A stretch of DNA of 64,000 nt, taken from the NCBI GenBank assembly GCA_951406725.2, contig OX597819.1, positions 54,932,001-54,996,000 of the forward strand, given 5' to 3'. Shown one piece after another: positions 50,401 to 62,790 of the stretch. Below the pieces are notes generated by a model that worked only from the letters and a program-made list of their open reading frames with translations, was not told the origin of the DNA and ran no database searches. Made by a program: the position numbers and the translations under genes. Each line of letters starts with the position of its first letter. Positions within the stretch are counted from its first letter, which is position 1. The stretch comes from Octopus vulgaris (taxonomy: Eukaryota).

Positions 50401-51615
50401 TAATCAATAAAAATAATGATAATAGTAATGAATAAAAATAATGATAATAATAATATAAAAATGAATAAAAATAAAAATAAATAAAAATAATAATAAATAA
50501 AAATAATAAAAATAAATAGTGTTGTTATTGGATTATCTTTATTTTTTATGGATGCCACGGCCTATTTCAAAGACCAATGTAATGGAGGTTAGCTAGCGCA
50601 GGTGAATGGTAGGTAAACCGGTCGTCGTTGTCTTAACAGATTTGTATTCCATCGGGTTGCGAACGGAGTGTTTAGAAGTTTGGTTCAAAATCTTGAGGCC
50701 TGGTGTTCGATTCCACTGCGTGGCGTTTTGTAAGAGGAAATGGGTAGACAGAGGCTGTGCGAAAGCCCATCAGATGGAGTGTACCAGTAATTCAAATTCA
50801 CAACTTTGTCACACACTTTATCACGGCTGAGAATTAATTACGTTAAGGATACACTGGAATACCCAGCTACTTATATGCTAATTCAATAAGCAGGTAGTTC
50901 AGATGACCGAACGGCTGAATCTTTATCATAGAAACCAACGAATATCCATCTACTTAATTCTCTAGAAATAAGTCGAATTATAATTAGTTTTATGGTTTTA
51001 GCTGCGTATTTGAATGACCCGATGTTTATTAATCAATTAGTACAGAGAAGAGGAAATGAATACAAGGGTTCTGCTCTCTTAACAGCTAAAAAAAAAAAAC
51101 CCCGAGGAAGGCGGTTCGTCACGGGCGGCATTTTTATTTTATTGAGAAAAAAAGCAAACTAATGAATCGCCCCGGGTAATACAAACTCCAGCCACGAGAC
51201 TGGTTCCATAGAGTTTGATATTTGCCTTTCAGCCAAAGTGTTCCAGACATTTACTAGGTTACTTACTGTAAGACGCAGTAAATTATGCAGAATATTTGAA
51301 CGAGTGGTCTCTATTTCTTAAAATCCTGAATTTGTTTTAAACTGAAGCTAAAGCATAAAGATTGAATGCTCCAACCCTATGAGGCTTCCGTTGGAAATAA
51401 CATTATCCCTTACGTCACTGAAATTCACATTCTAAATACTCTCTTCAAATCTACAACCCTAATGCAATGTAAGTGGAGGCGCGTGGCTTAGTGGTTAGGG
51501 TGTTGAACTCATGACCGTAAGGTTGTGGTTTCGATTCCTGGACCGGGCGATGCGTTGTATTCTTGAGCAAAACACTTCATTTTCACTTTGCTCCAGTCCA
51601 CTCAGCTGGCAAAAA

Positions 51616-51890
51616 TTTGACGGAAATTTGTCCTCGGGGAAATTTCGAACCCGGGTTCCCATTCCTAAGGTGTTTTTCGTCGTCGTTGTCGTTGTTGTTG
51701 TTCAGGTCACTGCCTGGAATCGAACTCGGAATCTTGGGGTTAGTAGCCCGCGCTCTTAACCACTACGCCATATGCTCGTTGGCGAAATTTCCTCAAGACA
51801 CCTGGTGAAGGCTGGAGGGTATATCAGCCGAAACGTTGTGTTAACAACAAAAAAGATGAGGACAAATATCTGTCAAAATGTAAATAATGT
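51616..51890. mobile_element. Rearranged tRNA-headed element with hammerhead motif
   Basis: Minus arm has a tRNA-like head, (CAA)n and body. Plus arm has ACAC-CUGgUGA-A-GGCUG...CAGCC-GAAA-CGUU-GUGU at 51798-51841. The arms share inverted cgaaatttcc and gaggacaaat.tc.gtcaaa. Confidence 0.7.
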
Positions 51891-52433
51891 GAATCATAAT
51901 CGTAGTTTAAAATATTAGGCAGACATTTTGCAAGCCCAACTTCGTTTTTGTTTATCAAAATTTAGCACCTAAGAGATAAGACTGTAGTGTTGCAGTATGT
52001 ATTAAAAAAAACGGAAACCATAAAAATTTACGCCTGTTCCTCTCCTAGATGAGCACACATTTGTAGTGAGGAGCAAATATGTTTATAAGAGCCTTGGAGA
52101 ATCTTGCGAGTATGCAACCGTTAGGTTTGAGGTTCGATATGAAGTAACGTATTTCCAACTAAGTGCGTGACCTAGAGGTTAATATGTCAGGCTCGCGATC
52201 GTTGGGTGGTGGCTTCGATTTTTAGAACGGAAGGAACATTGTGTCTTTGAACAAAGCACCTCATTTTCACTCTGATCCAAAGCAAACTACTGAAAAGGAG
52301 TACCACTTGTACCTGGAGGTTAACCTTGCAGCGGACCAGTGTCGCGTTCTGAAGGGACACTCGGACTGTCTGCCTTAATTTCTTCTTGAGAATCCGGGTC
52401 CAGCAGATATCTCAAGAGTTCTAAATGTCTGTG

Positions 52434-52705
52434 CTGTGGCGGACTGGGTCTAAAAATATTGGTTGCCAGGATGTGCTATCATTTAAATTTTTTTTTTTTT
52501 TTTTGTTAACAGTATTCTTTTCAATTGTCTACAAACACAACCAGGCTGAAATAATTGATGCATTCTTCCAAGAGTGAATAAAAATTTCTCAAACTTGAGG
52601 GGATGAACCCTTTAGATACTAATATGAGCCCCAATATATAGATTCTAATGGCGCAGGAGCCTACTTGCCATCAGGCAAGCTGGCAACCTGACCAGTCCGC
52701 CACTG
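52434..52705. mobile_element. hAT-superfamily MITE
   Basis: 14-bp TIRs ctgtggcggactgg / ccagtccgccactg (1 mismatch) and an exact 8-bp target-site duplication tgtctgtg. Confidence 0.88.
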
Positions 52706-54055
52706 TGTCTGTGTATAGCATATTGGCTATGTAGGCATGTTGGCTGTGAAAGTGGAAAAGAATATGGAAGATAACTGAGGGCCTATCTACTTCCATTAAC
52801 CTTTTTCTTTACAGCGATTCATCAATATTCAAACTGAGTAGGGCTGCGAGCTAGCAGAATCATTAGCACACCGGGCAAAATGTTTAACTATATTTCGTTC
52901 GTCTTTACACTCTGAGTTCAAATGTTGTCGAGACCGACTTTGCCTTTCATTCTTTCGGGGTCGATAAAATAAGCACCAGTTGATTACTGGGGTCGATGTA
53001 CTCCTTCCCCTGAAATTGCAAGCCTTGTACCTAGTTTGAATCCTATATTTAAACTGACTAGTTCAAAGCGATATTGTTTAATGGGAAATACTTTTAAAAT
53101 GGTACTGTATGAAGAATTCTTTGGATATGTGAAGTAGCGAAACAAAAAAACAAAAATAGAACAAAAGTACAGGCATTATAAAGAACCGATTGATGTTTGT
53201 AGAAATTTGGCAAGAACGTGAGTAGTTTGCCTTCAGTAACAAAATTGCTTTAAAATTGCAAGATCTGCTTTTTTTCACTTCCTTTTGCAACCACAGACAG
53301 AATAGTGAAATATAGAAATCTATAAGACTTGTCGAATGGAATGAATACGTTTGCAGCGCGGGAGGGGGGGGAACGGTATAAAACAAAAGATATAGAAATG
53401 GCGAATAAGAAAAATAGAAGGGAAAAAAACTTAAGGGCATATTAGAGAAAATTGAAAAAGTATATATTGGAAACAATGATGAGAGATATAGAATAAAAGT
53501 AGGAAAAAATGTGTAAGAAGGAGGACGCTAAAAGAAAGGCTGAGAGATAATGGATGTTACCAGTGTAGGGTAAAAAAAGAAGAAAATATGGCGTAGATGA
53601 AGGAATATAGAAGACTAAGCGAGAAAAAATAACATTGAACAGAGAGAAAGAAGCAGAAATACTTGTGAGTATGACTGAGAGAAAAGGGAACAGTTAAAGA
53701 ACTTCAAATTGGTGGCTATCTTAACAGAAAATACCACAGATAATTCAACTCTTAAAAATGAAAGAAAAAAATATATGAATAAAACAAAGTAAGAAATATA
53801 AATCCATTGATGCTAAACTTGACATCTTTCCATCATCTTCATCTCCTACACGGCAATCAACATTCCTAATAAGTTTTGATTAATTCATAAAAGTCATGGT
53901 GGCACATGCTAAATCAATTACTTTCATATAAAAAGCAGCTTGCTTCAGATTAGCGCAGCACTTAACTGTCTTCAACAGTTCAGAGCTTGTTGGCGCCCCA
54001 CCACTATGGAGTGTAATTGGTTAAAGATTTAAATGAAATATCAGCTAGTATGTGG

Positions 54056-54060
<5 letters not shown>

Positions 54061-54122
<62 letters not shown>

Positions 54123-54222
54123 CATACAACACATACAAAGATATATGAATGCACGAATATGTATGTACATGTATGTGTGTATATGTGTGTGTATACACAC
54201 ACACACACACATATATATATAT
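54061..54222. repeat. (CA)n and compound CA/TA/TG microsatellite
   Basis: Read directly. Confidence 0.95.
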
Positions 54223-54580
54223 AGGCGTAGGCGTGGCTGTGTGGTAAGAAGCTTGCTTGCCAACCACATAGTTCAGGGTTCAGTCCCACTGCGTGACACC
54301 TTGGGCAAGTGTCTTCTATCATAGCCTCGGACCAACCGAAGCCTTGTAAGTGTATATGTATATATTTATGTGTGTCTTTGTGTCAGTGTTTGTTCCCACC
54401 CACCATCGCTTGACAACCGATGTTGGTGTGTTTACGTCCCCGTAACTTAGCAGTTCGGCAAAAGATAACGATAAAATAAGTACCAGATTTACAAAGAATA
54501 AGTCCTGGGGTAGATTTCTTCGATTAAACAGCGGTGCTCCAGCATGGCCGCAGTCATATGACTGAAGCAAGTAAAAGAAT
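54223..54580 (+). mobile_element. SINE family A
   Basis: Family A consensus with a small internal deletion. Confidence 0.9.
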
Positions 54581-54646
54581 AAAAGAATATGTATGTGTGT
54601 TTGTCTGTGTGTGCGTGTGTATCAAAACAGTTTGATTCAAAATCAT

Positions 54647-54686
54647 TGGTACTCCGAGTTTCAAGCGTGATGCTAGTCTTCAGCCA
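54647..54686 (-). ncRNA. Type I hammerhead motif
   Basis: Minus strand UGG-CUGAAGA-CU-AGC-aucac-GCU-U-GAAA-CUCGGAG-UA-CCA, with the same CUCGGAG stem III as the copy at 3188. Confidence 0.65.
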
Positions 54687-55534
54687 CATTGAATTCGAAT
54701 GAGAGAAGTCGATTGTTATAACCGTAAGGGGGGCTGTGAACCCATTGAACGGCATTTCCAGCCGGCCCCTAGCCGCCCGTTTTTCTTCGTCCCTCTTTTC
54801 CATCATCCTTCTTCCTTTCTTTCAAACGTGAAACTAATAACACCTTTGTGAAAACCTGCCCTTCTTGACGTGTTTTCCTTGTTATATATATATATATATA
54901 TATATACATGTGTGCGTGTGTGTGTTAAAATAAGAGGTACTAACAGTTTCTTGCCATGGAGACACCCAGACGCTGGATTTCAAATAGCACTAACCATGTG
55001 CCCGGAGCCCGTGATTGCTTGGAGACACAAGGCACGTTATATAAATCTACCTAATTACAGGGTCGCAAAAAACACCCAAAGACCAGATAGGGGTATAAGA
55101 CCGGAAAACAGATTAAGTCTGCTACGCTAAAACAAAAATAAATAGACCCTATGACAGGCTTTCGTACATATTTTAGCGACCGTAGAAAGCCTTGATAGAC
55201 CTAAGGCTATGTTAGAAGAAACTCGTCTTAATTGCCACGTTGCTGCGTTGAACTTGAAACCTTGTAGATGCAAAATGAACTTCTTAACCACACAAGTATG
55301 CTTGTGACCAGATCCTGTCGTGCCTTATCTTCTTTCACACTCTGACAATTAATTCCCTCTGATTCCTTCAGTAATGACTTTTTTCTAATCCAAACTGTCA
55401 CTGAGTTCATTCTCGTAATTTACCGCTAAATAGAAGCTTCAACATTGCAGCCAAGGAACAAATCATTCTCGACACTAAATTTTATTTTTACTTCTGTCCG
55501 TTACATATCTTTTATAACTGTATTTGCTTCTTAG

Positions 55535-56240
55535 ATAGGCACAAGGTTTAACATTTCAAAAAGAAAGGGCTAACCGAATAAATCTATCCCCAGTACTTGA
55601 CTGGTTGTTTACGGATGAAAGGCAAAATTGACCTCAGCAGGATTCGAACTTAGATATTAAAGAGCCGGAACAAATGCAAATACTACAATGCATCTATTCC
55701 ATTCCTCCAGCGATTTTGCCAATCCTCAAATTTGAGAGCATTTTGTTATTCGATAATATTAATCACAGTACTTGATCGGTAGCTTATTTCATCGACTCTG
55801 AAAAGGCTATGTTGTTCACGATGGAATTTGAACTCAGAACGTAAAGAGCCAGTACAGATATTACAAAGCGTTTTCCTGACGCCCTAACGACTCTGCCAAA
55901 TCACCGTAATAATATTTATTGTAATTAAGGCGGTTACCTGGCAGAATCGTTACCGCTCCGGTCAAAATGCCTCGTCTTTAAATTCTGAGTTCAAATTCCG
56001 CCGTGGTAAACTTTGCCTTTCATCCTTTCGGGATCAATAAAATAATTACCAGTTGAACACTGGGGTCTATGTAATCGACTTACCCCTCTCCTGAACTTGT
56101 TGGCCCTGTGCTCAGATTTGAAACCAATATTTATAGTAATACTTTCAAATTTTGGCATGAGGTCAGCAATTTTTAACGGGTGGGAGTTAAACGATTACAT
56201 TGACACTAGTACCCGACTGGTACTCTTATTTGATCCCGAC
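55535..56240. mobile_element. Cluster of SINE family B copies in both orientations
   Basis: Minus copies 55535-55905, plus copy 55928-56130, partial minus copy 56140-56240. Confidence 0.8.
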
Positions 56241-56403
56241 GAAGAGACATGTAAAGGTAAGGGTGGAGAGGGAGGTGTTAACCCCAGTAGATTTGTTGAA
56301 AAGTGGATGAATGTGGCAACCAATGTATTTCCATGGACGCGCGATGTCGGTGCTGCACTTGTTGTTGTTGTTGTTGTTGTTGTTGCTACTGCAGCTGTTG
56401 TTG

Positions 56404-57050
56404 CAACAACAGGTACAACACTGACATCGCGCGTCCACGGAAATACATTGGTTGTACCGGAAATTCGTTCGAGAAACACTTTTCCAACCATGGATCCACC
56501 TTCAGAGTCCCTGAAAGGAAATACGTAACATCGTTGGCCAGCCACATTTGGCAACTAAAAGACCACGGAGTTTCGCACTGGATCTCAAGGAAAATACTCG
56601 AAAACCCAGGCCCCTACATCAACGGGACGAAACGTTGCAAGCAATGCATAGCTGAACGCACGAGAATACTAAAAGACTCACTCGACCCAGGGACTATACT
56701 TAACTCCAGAACGGATATTTTCGAGCAATGTTTGCATTTTAGGAGATTTCCGAAGGCATTTTGGGAACCGCAAGATGTCGGCACAGCCGGAAGTTGATAG
56801 CTAATGGGAGAGGGAAACAATCCCCCATTGTTTACTCTCACAGCTGAATGATGGCGGTACAGCCGGAAGTCGATAGCCATTGGCAAAGGGAGATAGTCCC
56901 CTTGTTTACATTTGCCTTTGTATCGAGACTTTCCCCCTCCATATTTTAAAGAGGTCTTAGGCCAACATGCCTTTGGCTCTGACGATACGCCATAAAGTTA
57001 AGCCCTTTATAGACGGGAAACCCAGGGTAACCTCATAAACCGACCTTCAC
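56404..57050 (+). mobile_element. Penelope-like element 3' fragment: GIY-YIG endonuclease domain and 3' untranslated region
   Basis: KYIGCTGNSFEKHFSNHGSTFR..TSLASHIWQLKD..KILE..PY..GTKRCKQCIAERTRIL..LNSRTDIFEQCLH matches the Penelope-type endonuclease pattern (YIG, TxLxxHIWxLK, CxxCxxE, LNxR, CxH). Stop at 56797. No reverse transcriptase in the window. Confidence 0.85.
56975..57033 (+). ncRNA. Hammerhead motif downstream of the Penelope endonuclease ORF
   Basis: CUGACGA (56979-56985), stem II with ataaag/ctttat, GAAA (57017-57020), CCC-A-GGG-UA. Stem I pairing is imperfect. Confidence 0.6.
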
Positions 57051-57067
57051 ATGGAAAAAAAAAAAAT

Positions 57068-57654
<587 letters not shown>

Positions 57655-58443
57655 GTTAACTTGGGGTTAAACAATAGTGTTTAGCCCCCAAGTTAATTCT
57701 TGATTGAATTTGACCGATTGATCAAAGTCTTTTTCCCACTTTGATCTGCCTATCTACTTGCATATCAAGAACTTCTTATTACCTATATATGAATATCTCC
57801 ATGTTTTAAAGCCGATGCGGTATGATCTCAACGAGATGTGGCTGCTATTTCTAGCATACTGATCGTCTTGCATAGTGGTTTCCGTCGATGGAGCTCAAAT
57901 AAGTAACAAACTGTTTCTACTGTCGCGTCATTATAAAAATAATACTCGTAATCTGCTTCAGAAAGAAAATAAATCAATAGTTATGAGAAGCTACTTCAAA
58001 CATTACTGTAAATACATACAGTTAGCTCACACCCGTCTGGGAATCATTTGTTTTCTTTTCCTTTTGTATCCTTTTTTTTTTTTTTTTTTTTTTGCTTGCA
58101 ATGGCTAATCAGCGGTAGGAGTGACGGGGGCTCATATAACCATTTTTTTTTCTTTTCTCTTTCTTGTCTTCTGGACTTCCGCGTGATTGATGGAAAGAAA
58201 GTAGGAAGTATAATCTTCTTCAGACCGGAAACTTAGTCCCACATGCTTGCAACAGAGCGTATTCCACTAAAAGACCCCCAAGGGCCTGGGTGGTGATGCA
58301 AAACCAGGCAACGAACTAAGTATTTAACTATATCCTGTGATCTAGTCATTACCTGATATGTGTGTGTGTGTGTGATATTGTGACGTAAAAGGTCATATAA
58401 CAAATAGGGGAAGGCATTTAATACACTGACCACGGTTTCGTAT

Positions 58444-58474
<31 letters not shown>

Positions 58475-58476
58475 CA

Positions 58477-58862
58477 CTAGCAGTATCGCCCGGCGTTGCT
58501 CGGGTTTGTAAGGGAAATAACTATATAAGCATTTTTAGAGAGCTATAGCAAAAAAATGCATTAAAAATGGAATAAAAAATGATGGTAATTTTTTTTTTTA
58601 ATCGTTGACTCATCGTAGACATTTTTAGAGAGTTACTTCCCTTATATAATAGCGAAAAAATGCATTAAAATGGAAAAAATGATGGTAAATTTTTTTTAAA
58701 TCGTAGACTCATCGTAGACGCGCGCTAATACCCAGAAGGGCTCGATATGAATCACGACTATAAGATACCCGGTTTTGGTTAAACTGCACCGCAAAATGTG
58801 GGAGTAGTTAGGAATCTAAATCGTAGGAGACAGACACTCACACAACTTCACTTTTATATATA
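58477..58862 (-). mobile_element. Non-autonomous Helitron
   Basis: Minus-strand 3' end is hairpin cccgagcaacgccggg, 8 nt, then CTAG|T. Contains an internal tandem duplication of about 90-100 bp (58530-58720). Confidence 0.75.
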
Positions 58863-58879
58863 TATATATATATATATTA

Positions 58880-59125
58880 AGGTATGTAGGAAAATACAAC
58901 ATGGACAAGAACGTATAACTCTTAGAAGACGAAACAATAAACACGGACAGGACATTCGAAACCCTCAGTCTTCAGTCAAGAACCGGGACGCTCAGGGAAA
59001 CTGGAAGAGTCTTTAACGTTTCGATCCTACGCTCATCTATATAAAGGAACAGGGAAAGAACGCATGGAGAGAAGGCAAAAAATAATAAACGGAGTGAAAA
59101 AAAACGTGTCTGTATTAACGGTTTC
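58880..59125 (-). mobile_element. Decayed hammerhead-bearing element related to 23540-23737 and 34400-34560
   Basis: ggacgctcaggga...ctttaacgtttcgatcctacgctc. GAAACGUUA is retained on the minus strand and the first box is lost. Abuts (TA)n. Confidence 0.55.
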
Positions 59126-59740
59126 ATATGTTGAATTGATCATATATATGCATATATATAAATTCACATGTACACCATCTCTCGCTCCTTACACTCGGAT
59201 ATGTGTGTGAGCGCGTATGTGCGTGTACGAATTGATCACATTATTAACTACGATCGTTTGTTATATTTGACGTTCACTGTTATCAGTAGTAACAAAGAAG
59301 ACAGTCGATTTGCTCCAGTTAGAATTAAATATCAACGAAAGCTTGGGGTTAGTGATATCGCGTGGCGTAGGGGTTAAGGTATTGCATTCACGATTGCAAA
59401 ATCGTAGTTTAAGTTTTCGGACCGAGTTGTGTTCTTGAGCAAAACACTTCATTTCACTTCGCTCCAGTCCACTCTGGACCAGCATTCTATTCAAAGAGAA
59501 TGTCATGATCTCGGCCAATTATACACCATAGAAGCCGGTTAGCTGGGCCTTTGAGTCTTAGGATTGACGATAATGAAAGCTGGGTATTAGTTCCTACTAC
59601 TGATGTGTATCTGTTCAGCGGAAAATCATAGATTCTCTGTTCACGCAATCACCAAAACTCCTTAGAAATCTAAATAAACTCCAGTTTCATAAATTCATAG
59701 GCATGAGGCAGATTATGCGAGACATTTCCAGTACTTAGTC

Positions 59741-59912
59741 GAGAACAGTGTCGGTCGAGGAATTTGACTGGGGTGGTACGTCTGTCAAACGATAACGCAG
59801 GTGTCCCAAGGCGAGCTCAGTGTGGGCGGAAACCACACGTTGAGCAAAAAGGCAAAGCTCGCTCGATCTTGATTTTCAGTACGAATACGGACCGTGAAAG
59901 CGTGGCCCATCC
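59741..59912 (+). pseudogene. 28S rRNA fragment (domain V), non-functional dispersed copy
   Basis: tttgactgggg.ggtac..ctgtcaaacg.taacgcaggtgtcc.aaggcgagctcag...gctcgct.gatcttgattttcagtacgaatac.gaccgtgaaagcg matches conserved eukaryotic LSU sequence. Only about 170 bp, with substitutions in conserved positions. Confidence 0.9.
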
Positions 59913-60281
59913 TTTCCGAACAGACCTAATTTTGTTTCTTGTCGAAACTTGTTCCATAAGGCTTTTTAAAGTGTGCAAAAGTGTTCATATATTTTTTTAT
60001 TGATGCATACGTGTGTTGTAGTGATAATTGTTAGGTGGGCGGAGGAATGTTAGAGAATTGTTCGCCGCGTGGTAGCTCGGTATAGATCTTCATTCAGTGT
60101 CCAGAAGAAAAAAAAAAAAAAGAAGAAAAAAACAAGAAAAAAGAAAAAATGTTCGCCGGTTCTCATTATGAAATATAAAATAACAAAGATGTTAATTAGC
60201 TGTTCATGTGAACCGATATGCACCAGGGCCAGCTCATACGTACACACTTACACGCACACGTAAATGTATATATGTGTGTAT

Positions 60282-60342
<61 letters not shown>

Positions 60343-60504
60343 CACACATATACACACGTGTATGCATACATATATATATGCATAATTATATACATATATA
60401 TATAAGTTCAGTAAAAATTTAGATTCAGATGAATATGGTACTTAAGTTGAGATACCAGAATTTAGTATGGTATTATCCATACAATTTAAAATAATACATA
60501 TATA

Positions 60505-60551
<47 letters not shown>

Positions 60552-62459
60552 ATCATTATACAAGCAAAATCTAGTGTATTCTTATTTTCGACACGTATCT
60601 ATGTGCTTGTTGTAGTAAAGTAGGCGCAAGAGATATTAATTTCGTGTTCAAATATCAACCCTTGTAAAACAAGAGTTATTAAAAAAAATAATAATAACAC
60701 AAAAAAAAACAAAGAAATGAGAAAAATAAAACATTTGGATTCACATCATTTTTGGATATTTTTAATCGATACAAACAGCTGAAAGTCTTCCACTTGGCGT
60801 GAAACAAATCAAAAGTTTCCCAGGAGAAACAGAGTTTTTCTTTAATGACCAGTATTGTTTTTGCTTGGGCTGTGAAGGTTATGAAATTTGTTTGTCTTTT
60901 ATTTATAATGATCATTATTACATCACATTTTCAACAATTTTATGCGAACGTCTATTATATCACCAGGTGCGCCTCTATGTTCCTGTATGACACAGTGCGT
61001 GGGGGTTGGGGTGAGCACGGGTTCTGGGTCGAAGTGCGTTTGTTTTACATTATTTTGAGATTTGTGTTGTTGTTTAGGTGCTATTTATTTGTGTTTCGTA
61101 TGTCTGTTGTGCAGTATACGTGCATTGTGCTGTGTTACGTGTTTTAATGTTCTGTGACGGTGGTCCAGTGTACGTACCGTATAGGTGGTGTGAGTATTAC
61201 CAGGATGGCAGTTGCATAGCATGAGAGCTGTGCAACTTGGCGATGCTGAAGGAGTGAGGGGTGTGGGATTATATTGGACAGTGTCTATATGGAGCAATGT
61301 TTTTCCGTTTTTATTTTGTAATTGGGCACCCTCTTGAGTTGAGAGCTCAATAGTGGTTAGAGCATGTCCAGGGGACGCTATTGGAGGTGATGGGTTTTAG
61401 ATGGGAAGGTAGCAATTTTTCTTAGAAATAATTTACTTAAATATTCCTATTTTGTAGAGAGGGCAAGATATTAATGCGTTCGTGTATGGCAATGAAAGGA
61501 CTTTGACAAGCCTAGTTGATTGGTTAATTGACCTCCAAACGATTAATCAAACAAACAGTTAATTAATTGGTTAAAGGGTTAACCAATAGGCTAATAAGAA
61601 TAAAGAAGTAAAATAGAAGATGTGCATGTGTTTATTATTAGCATAATGGCCCCCCCCCACTCTGCGATACAACAGCATTTGTTTAAACCAGGTACAATAC
61701 TTATATTTAAAGTATATTTTCAAAAACAAATCTTTATCGGTTTTAGAATGTAAGTAGGAAATCGTGTTACCTGGGAATGGGAAACTTACCCTAAGGTTCA
61801 ATATAATTTCATTAAATTAGTCCTCGCTCATAGTAATTTCCTGAAGAAATATACATGGAGGGGGCACTAATCCACACAGATAACTATTAATAGACACATT
61901 ATGGGTGGGATTCTATAAGAAAGTATGGCTAATAAGCCACTGCATAAATTTAGCTTCTGATTAAATTAACCTACAGTTTCTTTTCTTTTTTGCTTTTGTT
62001 TTGCAAAACAGGAGGAAAGAACGTTTGTAAAACACCATTCAGTGAAAGGTGAGAATTGACCTACAAAAAGTTAAGCATAAGTGGTGTGGAGTATGTGCTT
62101 GATGGATTGTGTTATATGAGTTGTGACTCTGCAGTGTATGTGCCGTGTGGTTTGTCTCATTTTACTGGAAAATGATTGTGTAAAGTCTATATCGTGTAGA
62201 GTGTGCATTGTGTGGCTCGCATTATTATTGACACGAAAGTTTCTTAAAAAGGATGTGGGGTGCATAAATCAATATAAACTATATCATGTATGCCTTTTAT
62301 GTTTGTGTGTTCACTCGTCTTTTTTAACTCTTTGTACTCCAGTTATTATTGCTCCTGTATTTACTTTTATGTCTCACGTTCAACTGAGTTTCACTGTCCT
62401 TGTATTTTAACAATCTTTCGGTTTGCCTCTGAGCGATGATATCGTCATCTTTCCTTGAT

Positions 62460-62790
62460 AATTCGAGAAGATAAGGAGATATCGTTCAACTTACAAACAA
62501 TTTTGTTGTTGTCTTTGACAATCATATCTAAACACCTTGGCTTGGTCTCCTTGCCCTTCTGTGCCGACATATTAAAACGTTTAAGGCCCGCTGTTTGTCA
62601 TGTAGCGTATTTGGTATATATTTACAACACTTACCCATTTTCGCGTCGAAGTATCGGCATATTGCTCAATGGCCATAGCTGTCAACCTCGAGATCTCTGC
62701 GTATCTAATTAGACTTTTCAAGGACTTGACACGCAGAAATGATGTGCTCAGTTTTCTGATTTTACTGACTGCATAGACTGAATCGTTTGC
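62460..62790 (-). mobile_element. Highly decayed R4/Dong-type (RLE) non-LTR retrotransposon fragment
   Basis: Minus strand SLC....TEHIISACQVLEKSN*IRRD..V..YGH*AICRYF (CCHC knuckle and RHD region), then a frameshift to KETKPRCLDMIVKDNNKIVCKLNDIS (PD..D nuclease region). Several stop codons. Confidence 0.6.

Noticed and set aside
50204-50558. Poly-Ile and poly-Tyr ORFs
   Set aside because: Translations of an (AAT)n microsatellite.
51700-51775. Functional tRNA gene (also considered at 18228, 30693, 31952, 51474)
   Set aside because: A and B boxes are present but there is no convincing acceptor stem and the sequence runs into repeat bodies, so these are SINE-type heads.
54033-54324. HT-, CV- and YI-repeat ORFs here and throughout the window
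   Set aside because: Translations of (CA)n, (TG)n and (TA)n tracts joined to SINE A sequence.
56303-56403. Cys-rich, metallothionein-like N-terminus of ORF 56303-56797
   Set aside because: It is produced by the inverted arm plus a (GTT)n expansion, not a real domain.
59741-59912. Functional rRNA gene
   Set aside because: Only a short fragment with substitutions at conserved positions and no flanking rDNA.
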